This document shows, in pieces, positions 49,956 through 57,982 of a DNA stretch of 64,000 nucleotides. The DNA comes from Alphaproteobacteria bacterium (GTDB taxonomy: Bacteria > Pseudomonadota > Alphaproteobacteria > UBA828), in assembly GCA_963422645.2 (NCBI GenBank), contig CAXXVO010000014.1, positions 288,001 through 352,000 of the forward strand, written 5' to 3'. The position numbers were made by a program, and so were the translations under genes. How positions within the stretch are numbered: the first letter of the stretch is position 1; each line of letters begins with the position of its first letter. The notes beneath the pieces are model-generated. The model was given only the letters and a program-made list of their open reading frames with translations. It made no database searches and had not been told where the DNA came from.

Positions 49956-52471
49956 TCAGACTTCCTGACCTCGTGATGCTGGCTGTTCTGGGCAGCGTGC
50001 CGGGAACTCCTTGAATTCTGATACATTTCGGTTGTTTCAGGCGGTTTTTCGCTGGGTGTCGCGCCCGAGGTCTGATATTATAATTTGATACCAATTGCAC
50101 GGTCTCAACCATGCCCAGTACCCTCCCAATGTGCCCTCCAGAGGCGGTCTCGATCGGCAACAGCTGCTTCGCCGTCCTGATCTCGGACGACACCTTCACC
50201 TACTTTTCCAACCTCATTCCCTTTGACAGCCACGCCGCCGATGACCGCACGGCCATGCTCTTGCGGATCGGCCGCCTCGCGGCGATCAGCGCGGTCTCGC
50301 CGCAGGAACTGGCTGACGCTTTCGCTGTCTCGCGCGCGACGGTGCAGCGCGCACGACGGCGCTACCTGGCCGAGGGCGAAGCGGGGTTCATGAAGCCCCG
50401 GCGCGGTCGCGGGCCGTCGGTGTTCACTCCGGAGTTGGCGGAGAAGGCGACGGCGTTGCTGGCATCGGGCCTGAGCGGCTCTGCGGCGGCCCGGGTTCTC
50501 GGCGTGTCAGCGCCATCGGTCAACAAGTGGCGCCGTCAGGGACTGATCGGCAACACGGAGGCGGATGGGGAGCCCGGACGCTCAGCGCTGGCTGCGCCGC
50601 CTGACGCGGGTGCGGCTCCTGAAGGCCGTGTCGATGAAGAGAGTACCGGTGCCCCGGGGCCGGAGACGGCGCCGGGGCTGGAAGCGCAGCCGCAAACGGA
50701 TCGCAGCGCGCGCGATCGGCGGGACCGGCAGGCGCCGATGGGGCGTGCGACTTGCGATGTTCCGGCTCGGGTTCTGGCCAGTTGTGGACAGGCGGGGCCG
50801 GTCGAACCGCAGTTCGCCGCCGCCGCCCGCGGTGTCCGCTTCGGCGGCGTGCTCGCCGCCCTGCCGGCCCTGCTGAAGGAAGGTCTTCTCTCCGAGACCG
50901 GTCTCCTGCCATTGCTGCCGAAGGGCTATTACGGCTTGCCTACGATCCTGCTCTTCCTGGCCTTCATGACCTTGGCGCGGGTGCGCAACCCCGAGAGCCT
51001 GCGCTACCAGGCGCCGGGCGAATGGGGCGCCATTCTCGGCCTCGATCGCTGCCCCGAGGTCAAGACGCTGCGCCGCAAGATCGCTCTCATCGCCGACGAC
51101 GAGGCCGGCGTGCGGGCGTGGCAGCTCGCCCTTGCCAGGCGCTGGCAAGGCGCCGACGAGCCGGAGCTCTGGGCGACGCTGGCCATCGACGGGCACGTCA
51201 AGGTCTACTCCGGCCGCAAGGGGCGCTTGCCCAAGCACTTCGTCTCGCGCGAGAAGCTGTGCCTGCCGGCGAGCGCCAGCTACTGGATCAACGCTCTGGG
51301 CGGCAAGCCGCTGCTCTGTCTGCACAAGCCGCTGGACCCGAAGATGGTCGCGGCCATCGAAGCCGACGTGGTGCCGGCGCTGCAGGAGCTTGGGATCGTT
51401 GGCGCCGGGGCGCCGGACCTGACCGCCGAGCATCCCGGCCAGCCGGCGCTCACCCTGGTCTTCGACCGCGAGGGCTGGAGCCCGGATCTGTTCCGCCGGC
51501 TGGCGAGGCGCGGCGTCGCCTGCCTGACCTGGCACAAGAACTTCAGGGGCGAGGACTGGCCGGCCGAGGACTTCGGCGCGATGACCGTTCCCATTCACGG
51601 ACCGGCGGCGGACGGCAGCGCCACCATGCGGCTGGCTGAGAAGCCGGTGACGTTGCCGAACGGCTTCAGGGTGCGCCAGATCCGCCGCCTGCTCGACAAC
51701 GGCCGTCAGGTGCCGCTGATCACCACCGATCCGCACAAGCCGATGGCTGAGGTTGCGGGCGCCATGTTCTCGCGCTGGTCGCAGGAGAACTTCTTCAAGT
51801 ACATGCGTGACGAGTTCAATCTCGACGCCCTGCCGACCCACGAGCTCGAGCCTCTCGATCCCGCCGCCATGGTCGTCAACCCGCTGCGGCGGGCCTATGA
51901 CAAGGCAATCCATCGCCTCGACCGCCAGCTTGGCCGCCTGCGCAACCGCATCGCCGACACGGCCCGGAAGAAGCAGCCGACGGCGGAACTCAGGAGGGAA
52001 GTCAGGGACCTCCAGGATGTCCGCGACATCGTCAGGGCCAGCCGCAGGGAGACGCCCAAGCACTGCCGGGCCGGCGACCTCGACGAAGCCGAGCAGCTCG
52101 ATGCCTTGCCCGCGCGCGAGCGCCTCCTCCTCGACGTCATCCGGATGATCGCCTACCGCGCCGAAACCCGCATGATGCTTCCCGTCATGCAGGCGCAGGG
52201 CCACAAGCCCCATCCCCGGAAACTGCTTCAAGCGCTGCTCACCGCCGATGCCGACATCCTGCCGGATCCTGGCAATGGCCTCCTGCGGGTCCACATTCTT
52301 GGCCTCGCAAACGACGCCTGCGACCGTTGGATCGATGCGGTTCTGAGCGACCTGAACGCCACCGAAACGGTCTTCCCCGGCACCCGTCTGCGCATAGTCT
52401 ACGACATCGACGGGGCCTCGGAATCCGCGCGGCTCGTGTCACCTAAAATCAGCAGAGGTCAGGAAGTCTGA
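49956..52471 (+). mobile_element. unclassified IS (2516 bp) with 17-bp terminal IRs
   Basis: TCAGACTTCCTGACCTC...GAGGTCAGGAAGTCTGA; further partial copies at 7518, 21446 and 62989. Confidence 0.9.
50111..52471 (+). CDS. 786-aa putative DDE transposase (IS4-superfamily-like)
   Basis: Two N-terminal HTHs, IDGH, FDREG, RWSQENFFK; the stop codon is the last 3 bp of the IR. Confidence 0.85.
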   Translation: MPSTLPMCPPEAVSIGNSCFAVLISDDTFTYFSNLIPFDSHAADDRTAMLLRIGRLAAISAVSPQELADAFAVSRATVQRARRRYLAEGEAGFMKPRRGRGPSVFTPELAEKATALLASGLSGSAAARVLGVSAPSVNKWRRQGLIGNTEADGEPGRSALAAPPDAGAAPEGRVDEESTGAPGPETAPGLEAQPQTDRSARDRRDRQAPMGRATCDVPARVLASCGQAGPVEPQFAAAARGVRFGGVLAALPALLKEGLLSETGLLPLLPKGYYGLPTILLFLAFMTLARVRNPESLRYQAPGEWGAILGLDRCPEVKTLRRKIALIADDEAGVRAWQLALARRWQGADEPELWATLAIDGHVKVYSGRKGRLPKHFVSREKLCLPASASYWINALGGKPLLCLHKPLDPKMVAAIEADVVPALQELGIVGAGAPDLTAEHPGQPALTLVFDREGWSPDLFRRLARRGVACLTWHKNFRGEDWPAEDFGAMTVPIHGPAADGSATMRLAEKPVTLPNGFRVRQIRRLLDNGRQVPLITTDPHKPMAEVAGAMFSRWSQENFFKYMRDEFNLDALPTHELEPLDPAAMVVNPLRRAYDKAIHRLDRQLGRLRNRIADTARKKQPTAELRREVRDLQDVRDIVRASRRETPKHCRAGDLDEAEQLDALPARERLLLDVIRMIAYRAETRMMLPVMQAQGHKPHPRKLLQALLTADADILPDPGNGLLRVHILGLANDACDRWIDAVLSDLNATETVFPGTRLRIVYDIDGASESARLVSPKISRGQEV

Positions 52472-53200
52472 TCCTTGTCCAGCGCGATGCGGGCGGCGCG
52501 ATTGGCTCGGCGCAGGAGCTGCTGCATCCGCCGGGCCCAAGCCTCCCCTTCGATGTCCACCAGCGCCTGCAACTCCCGCAGGTGATGGGCGTTGCACAGG
52601 CCGTGCTCCACCCCTTCCATCGCGAAGTACGGCTTCCAGTGATCGTGCACGACGATGCCGGAGACACCCGAGAGCAGGGCGCCGCGCTTGCCGCTGACCC
52701 GGTACGCCGCCAGCAGCGGCGTGCAGATCACATGAAGCCACTGCGTCTGACCGCCGATCCGCAAGCCGGTCTCGTCCATGTGTTTCACCCGCGCCGTGCC
52801 CGCCGCCAGGTCCTGTATGTGCAAGGCCGCGTCCCGCAGCCGCTCGGCCGCCCTCTCGCTCATCGTCGCCAACGTCGCAGCCGTCACCGGCGCGCCGAAG
52901 AGCTCGGCCATCACCTGCGACAGCCGATCCTCCGGCAGGAAGTGAGCGTGCTGAAGGTAGACCGCCACCCCGGCAATGCGCGGGCCGTACTGCACCGGCG
53001 CCGACACCCCGTCGGGGAACGCCGCCCGGGTCACCGTCCCGCAATGCCCGCAGCACTTGGCATGCGCCCGGTGCTCGGTCACCTCCAGGGGGCTCGGCTC
53101 GGGCAGATCGAACACCTGGCGGGCGACGGGCGTTCCCGCCCTGGCCGCGTCCGAAAGCGGCGAACCGCATCCCTTGCAGGAAGCCGGGACGTGATCCTTC
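52472..53200 (-). mobile_element. internal fragment of IS66-A (copy 4)
   Basis: Matches IS66-A with an intact frame across the site frameshifted in the other copies. Confidence 0.9.
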
Positions 53201-53365
53201 GTAACTGCCCAGGTACCCCCTCTCTCTTATGGAACAAGCCAGTTCCTTTTGCGTCAACGCCCCCACGCCGCGGGGGTGCCTACTCTCTTGAGCGCGAGAG
53301 GATGATGAACGCCGCGTCGCGAACAAGATGAGAGGACAGCGATACTCAGGATGAGCCGGAGAAGT

Positions 53366-54904
53366 TCAGGAGCGCAGTATAGGGATCAGCTGCATCGGTT
53401 CCGGGTGCGCCAGGATTTGCAGGATGTTCCAGCCTTGCTTTCGAGCGGTGACGATGACGCTGCGCATTCCGGCGAAGTTGCAGGCGCCTTGCAGGGAGCG
53501 GAAGCCGCCTGAGATCTTCTCATGCACTTTGTTCATACGGATGTCACGCTCCGCCTCGTTATTCGTGAACGGCGTGCGCAGGTCGGTGAGGAAGCGCAGG
53601 CAGCCCTCCTTATGCTTTTGAAGGCGGCGCGCGAGGTTGTGGCCGATGCGGCGTTTCTTTCGCCCTCGCTTTGCGATCTGGAGCGGCGGTTGGGCCTCAT
53701 GGAAGGCGATGGCTTCTTCGAGGATACGGTCCCATGCCCTTGAGATGCGGGCCACCAGGGAGGCGGGGACTTGACGGTCTTTCTCACGGGCGAAGCGGGC
53801 GGCCCTGCGCGCGCGCTGAAGCAGGCGGTGCATGCTCGCCGCCCATTCCTCCTTCTCGATGTCGATCAGGGCCTGGAGTTCGCGCAGGTGATGTGCGTTG
53901 CAGGCGCCGTGGCGGACGCCCTTGATGGTGAAGTAGGGGGCGAAGTCGTCGTGGACGAGGATGCCTTTCAGGTTCTTTTCGACATCGCCGCGTCCCTCGC
54001 CGATGCGCAGGACGGTGAGCAACGGGGTGCACAGCACATGGAGCCAGCGGGTACGGGCGGCGATACGCAGGCCGGTCTCGTCGAGGTGCTTGACCGGCGC
54101 CTGCGTGCGGATCAGATCGGCGACATGGTCGAGGAAGCCCTCGAAGCGCTGCGCTGTGCGCCGGCCCATGGCGGCGATCGTGGCAGTGGAGATGGACACC
54201 GCGAAGATGTCGCTCATGAGTTCGGCCAGACGCTTCTCGGGCACGAACTGGGCGTACAGCAGGTAACTCACCCAAGCGGTGATGCGAGGGCCGTACTGGA
54301 CCGGGGCGGTGACGCCCGGCGGGAAGGCGGCTCGTGTCAGCGTGCCGCATGCGCCGCAGAGGCAGCGATGGGCGCGGTGTTCGGTGACCTCGAGAGGCTG
54401 CGGCTCGGGTACGTCGAAGACCTGCCGACAGGCGGGCGCGCCTTGCCGGTCGGCGTCCGAGAGCTCGACGCCACAGCCGGAACAGGTGGAGGGGTGGTGA
54501 TCGACGACACGGTCCGGGCTGTCGCTCCGCGCGAGGGTGGTTCCCTTGTGGCCGGGCTGGCCGCCACTGGGCCCGCCGGACTTTCCGCGCTGGCTTTGGG
54601 TGCGCCTCTGGGCTCCGCTTTTCTTCTTGAGCCCGTCGCTGGCGGGGGGCTTGCTGCTTGTGGTGCTGTTGAGGGCCGCGCTGCGCTCGAGTTCGGCGAT
54701 GCGCTCGCGCAGGGCCGCGTTCTCCTGCTCGAGTGCGGCATTTTCCCGGGCGAGCGCGGTGGCTGATCGCAGCAGCCCCTGCCCCCATTCCCGGACGGCA
54801 ACGACGACAGTGGTTGCGAGGGATGATGGCTCGAGAAGCTCCTTCAGGCAGCAGAAGGCCTCGTTACGGGCGGCGAGGTCTTCGTGCCAGTGCGACACCG
54901 TCAC
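53366..54904 (-). CDS. IS66 transposase
   Basis: SSKPPASDG, zinc finger, HLDETG, CNAHHLREL, TNNEAERDIR; GTG start overlapping the MTase stop (GTGA). Confidence 0.9.
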   Translation of the reverse strand: MTVSHWHEDLAARNEAFCCLKELLEPSSLATTVVVAVREWGQGLLRSATALARENAALEQENAALRERIAELERSAALNSTTSSKPPASDGLKKKSGAQRRTQSQRGKSGGPSGGQPGHKGTTLARSDSPDRVVDHHPSTCSGCGVELSDADRQGAPACRQVFDVPEPQPLEVTEHRAHRCLCGACGTLTRAAFPPGVTAPVQYGPRITAWVSYLLYAQFVPEKRLAELMSDIFAVSISTATIAAMGRRTAQRFEGFLDHVADLIRTQAPVKHLDETGLRIAARTRWLHVLCTPLLTVLRIGEGRGDVEKNLKGILVHDDFAPYFTIKGVRHGACNAHHLRELQALIDIEKEEWAASMHRLLQRARRAARFAREKDRQVPASLVARISRAWDRILEEAIAFHEAQPPLQIAKRGRKKRRIGHNLARRLQKHKEGCLRFLTDLRTPFTNNEAERDIRMNKVHEKISGGFRSLQGACNFAGMRSVIVTARKQGWNILQILAHPEPMQLIPILRS

Positions 54905-55566
54905 GTGTCTTCGGCCTCGACGGCCATCATGGCGGCGAGCACGGCGAGGCGTTCGCCCGGCGGCAAGGCCTGGTAGCGCCGGCCCCAGTTGGCTGCCTTG
55001 CGCTTGATGCGCTGGCGGTCGGTGAAGTTCCGGCCTGCGTGGCTGGCCCAATGCATCCGGTCGGGGGCGTAGTTGAACCAGACGACCTCGGTTCGCACCA
55101 GACCCTGGGTCGTGACCTGCAGCGCCAGCCGGCGCCATCCCGCCAGCACCTCGTCATAGAGCGCCGACGGATGGCCCGAGATCATGACCTGGCAGGGCAG
55201 AGCCTTGAGCAGCGCGAGAAGCGCGACGTGGCCGGCCTCCTCGTACTCGAAGCGGTAGCGCTGCGCCGAGCGGCGGGTCGCGTGCAGATAGGGCGGATCG
55301 CTGTAAACCAGCTCCGGGCCCAGGAACGGGAACGAGGCCAGGAAGTCATGGGCACAGCCGTGAACCAGATCGACCGGGTAGTCGCAGACGAAGGCCTCGA
55401 GCGCCTGCGCATCGCGGTCGATGCCGATCGAACGCACGGCCGGCGGCTTGCGCTTCATCAGCGCCCCGCCCCCAAGGTGGCTTTCGATGTAGACGGAGTG
55501 CGGCGGCATCAGCGCAATCAGCGCTTGGCACAGACCTGCTGTCGCCTTCGAGCCGAAATACCCCAT
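54901..55566 (-). CDS. Dam-like (alpha class) N6-adenine DNA methyltransferase
   Basis: YFGSK (motif X), YIESHLGGGA (motif I), YSDPPY (motif IV), MISG. Confidence 0.85.
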   Translation of the reverse strand: MGYFGSKATAGLCQALIALMPPHSVYIESHLGGGALMKRKPPAVRSIGIDRDAQALEAFVCDYPVDLVHGCAHDFLASFPFLGPELVYSDPPYLHATRRSAQRYRFEYEEAGHVALLALLKALPCQVMISGHPSALYDEVLAGWRRLALQVTTQGLVRTEVVWFNYAPDRMHWASHAGRNFTDRQRIKRKAANWGRRYQALPPGERLAVLAAMMAVEAEDT

Positions 55567-55623
55567 GGACCGCTCCCGTCACGCGAGAGAGCAGTCCATA
55601 GTCCCGCAACTCTATGAGGTCAA
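55567..55623 (-). promoter_or_regulatory. sigma70-like promoter and RBS-sequestering hairpin of IS66-B
   Basis: TTGACC-17bp-TATGGA; stem 55567-55577/55587-55597 covers GGGAG before the ATG. Confidence 0.55.
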
Positions 55624-55736
55624 GAACCAATCGCGGTGGCAGAACCAGGCCGCGGCCGCCGCCATAATCACCGTCCTCAACTCAGGATTGGGGTACCTGG
55701 GTAGTTACGGTGGGACAAGAAATTCAAAATTTTTCG

Positions 55737-55806
55737 TGGGATTCGCGGGATAAGTGGGATGTAAGTGGGATAAGTGGGATAGCTGGGATAAGTGGGACAA
55801 GTGAGA
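55737..55806. repeat. tandem ~9-bp repeats (GGGATAAGT-like, ~7 units)
   Basis: gggattcgc gggataagt gggatgtaagt gggataagt gggatagct gggataagt gggacaagt. Confidence 0.85.
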
Positions 55807-55924
55807 TTCCTCGGCGCAGGCGGCGGCCGTGCCGCTCAAGGGTATCGACGACGAGGCGGGCCATGTTGCCTCCGCCCGCTGCGGCCCGCTCGCTCCGGCG
55901 CCGTCGGTTCTCGCCCTTCGTCGC

Positions 55925-55996
55925 GCCGATAGGCGCGCGAGAGCATGAGCCGATAGGCGCGCGCGAGCATGAGCCGATGGCCGCGCGGGAGCATGA
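55925..55996. repeat. three tandem 24-bp repeats
   Basis: GCCGATAGGCGCGCGAGAGCATGA x3 with minor variation. Confidence 0.85.
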
Positions 55997-56070
55997 TCGG
56001 CGCATCGCGCGATGCTGACGCCCCCGCCGCGCCCCGTGCACCGGACGATGGTTTGGGGCGGTCTCCAAGT

Positions 56071-56643
56071 TCAGCCAAACTCCACGTATCCATGATTTGC
56101 AACGACTTCCATGTCGATGGGACCGTCTTGTTCGCAGAATACGATCAGGTTTCTGGCGGATTTTTCGCGAGCGCTTGGGACCAGCAAACCATCGGCTCCG
56201 AGGAACGCACAGGCCTCGGCGATTTCCTGGGAACGCGGATACTCGCGCTCGCGCTCCACATAGCTCAACTGGCCGAACGAACCGACGTCGAACCCGATGG
56301 AGGCCAGCGAATCCAGATCGGAGAACTGCACGACCGCACGCAGGGATATTCTCAATTCGAACAGCTCGTATCGAACCTTTGAAGGCGGCAAGGGTTGGCC
56401 TTGATAGAGATGGAAGCGTCTCTCGCTGACGGCCGCGGTTCTCGTCTCCGACGTGTAAAGCACATCGAGCGTTCCGTCGTCCCAACGCCCCCCGGCCCGC
56501 CAACAGGTCAGCGGATCCCGCCCTTCGCGTACCGAACGCCACACCCTGCCCTTGTAGGGAGCCCCTTCGATCAACTCCAGCGCATCGAGCAGTCGCTGGT
56601 CGCGGATGCGGCGAACGCCCTGGCCCATGACCCTTCGGGGCAT
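56071..56643 (-). CDS. RES domain toxin
   Basis: VWR, GGRW, LYTS...E, GLLVPSAR. Confidence 0.85.
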   Translation of the reverse strand: MPRRVMGQGVRRIRDQRLLDALELIEGAPYKGRVWRSVREGRDPLTCWRAGGRWDDGTLDVLYTSETRTAAVSERRFHLYQGQPLPPSKVRYELFELRISLRAVVQFSDLDSLASIGFDVGSFGQLSYVEREREYPRSQEIAEACAFLGADGLLVPSAREKSARNLIVFCEQDGPIDMEVVANHGYVEFG

Positions 56644-56645
56644 GC

Positions 56646-57074
56646 TCAGATGTAGGCGTCCGCTTCCAGGCGATCGAGAATTGCGATGACCTCTTCGGTC
56701 CGCTCGTCATGGATCAGGTCGATTGCCCTGCGGCCCTCCAGCTGCGGATGCCGCGCATAGAGCCACGCGCGTACTTCTTCGTGGCCGTAATATTCGCTCA
56801 GTCGCATGACCACGTAGGCGAGATCCGACATGATCAGCTGGGTCTTCGGATGCGGCGATTTTTGGCCGCTTCCCCAGCGCGAGACGGTGGCCTTGGAGAC
56901 GCCAGTGAAATTCGCGATGTCGGTTCCCTTCAAACCGCCATCTTGCTGCAGCCGCGCGATGAATTGCACGACGGGTCTTGCTGCGGCCTGAGTCATGCCG
57001 AACTCCGCTGGGTCAGTGCCACGGGGACATGTCGCGTCTTCAAGGGCAGCGGAGACGGCGACCGTCCTCTGCAT
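56646..57074 (-). CDS. Xre/MbcA/ParS-like antitoxin
   Basis: HTH IANFTGVSKATVSRW and C-terminal WLYARHPQLEGRRAIDLI; TTGACA-16bp-TAGATT promoter at 57087-57114; start may be 56996. Confidence 0.85.
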   Translation of the reverse strand: MQRTVAVSAALEDATCPRGTDPAEFGMTQAAARPVVQFIARLQQDGGLKGTDIANFTGVSKATVSRWGSGQKSPHPKTQLIMSDLAYVVMRLSEYYGHEEVRAWLYARHPQLEGRRAIDLIHDERTEEVIAILDRLEADAYI

Positions 57075-57194
57075 TTATGTTTCAGAAATCTAAGGTATGA
57101 AACCATAATGTCAACTTTCGTCCGACGTAGCCGATCGGGCGCACCCCCAGCCCGACGTGCACCGCACCATGATCCGAGACGCCTGAACGGACGG

Positions 57195-57638
57195 CTACCC
57201 CACGGCCTCAACCACGAACGGGTTTCGGACCGTTACCGTGCCGTAGAGCCGGCCGTGCTGAAAATCCTCGGAAAGCAGCTCCTCGATCCCCTTAACTTCC
57301 GCATAAGCCCAAAGGTGCGCGTCGAACCACGAGAGGCCGTAAGCCGCCGTACCGCGAAGCGCCGTTCGCAGCACAGCCTCGTCGGGATAAAGGATTGGGA
57401 ACTGGGCCATGAGCTCCTCTGCCTCGCGCAGCGCGTCGGCGGGCTCTAGCAGGCGGACTTCGGGATTGCCTCGGGTCGTTGCCGCGACGAACTCGACGAT
57501 TGCTTGATGGGGGATGCGCATGCTCCCGCTGACGATGCCCTCGCGGAGAACATCGGCCGCAATCGACTGCTTGTCTGGAAAGCGCTCGTCGTAGCGATAA
57601 ATCAGAATGTTGGTGTCAATCAGCGCGCGTGCGGCCAC
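57195..57638 (-). CDS. vapC: PIN domain toxin
   Basis: IDTNILIY, LSWFDA, LSEDFQHG. Confidence 0.88.
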   Translation of the reverse strand: MAARALIDTNILIYRYDERFPDKQSIAADVLREGIVSGSMRIPHQAIVEFVAATTRGNPEVRLLEPADALREAEELMAQFPILYPDEAVLRTALRGTAAYGLSWFDAHLWAYAEVKGIEELLSEDFQHGRLYGTVTVRNPFVVEAVG

Positions 57639-57912
57639 GCTCGTAAAGCTCCTCTCTGGTCCAGCCGCGCGAGCTTGCCGCGCGTAACGTGCGACCCGTC
57701 TCGCGCGTCCGCTGCCGGGCGGTCGCCGCGTCGAAGAGCCGGAGGCGCGCGTCCGTGTCGAGCCCTTTGGTAGGTCCGCCGGCCGCGGCGGGGACCACGC
57801 GGATGACTTCGCCCGCCTCCTCGAAGCGGATATCGTCGCCAGGGCGAATTCCGTAACGCTGTGCAAGCGCCTTGGGCACCGTGACCTGGAGCTTGCTGGT
57901 GACCTTGCTCAT
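57616..57912 (-). CDS. vapB: AbrB/MazE-type antitoxin
   Basis: MSKVTSKLQVTVPKALAQRYGIRPGD; C-terminal WTREELYER. Confidence 0.88.
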   Translation of the reverse strand: MSKVTSKLQVTVPKALAQRYGIRPGDDIRFEEAGEVIRVVPAAAGGPTKGLDTDARLRLFDAATARQRTRETGRTLRAASSRGWTREELYERGRTRAD

Positions 57913-57913
57913 A

Positions 57914-57946
57914 TCCTTACTCTAGTAAGGACAAAATCCTTGTCAA
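57914..57946 (-). promoter_or_regulatory. vapBC promoter/operator, probably leaderless transcript
   Basis: TTGACA-16bp-TAGAGT ending 6 bp before the ATG; palindrome TCCTTAC-TCTA-GTAAGGA over the -10. Confidence 0.6.
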
Positions 57947-57982
57947 GGTCGCTTGACAGGAGCTAAACGCCACCCAGCCCCT

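Larger units (their letters stand above)
53201..55708 (-). mobile_element. IS66 family element B carrying a DNA methyltransferase
   Basis: IRs GTAACTGCCCAGGTACCCC (53201) / GGGGTACCTGGGTAGTTAC (55708), 18/19 match; two ORFs inside; no TSD. Confidence 0.9.

Noticed and set aside
47751-55708. 8-kb composite transposon bounded by IS66-B ends
   Set aside because: Outer flanks GAATTTTA and GGTGGGAC are not a duplication, so there is no evidence it moved as a unit
55737-55996. Possible CRISPR array
   Set aside because: Repeats are tandem with no unique spacers, and there are no cas genes in the window
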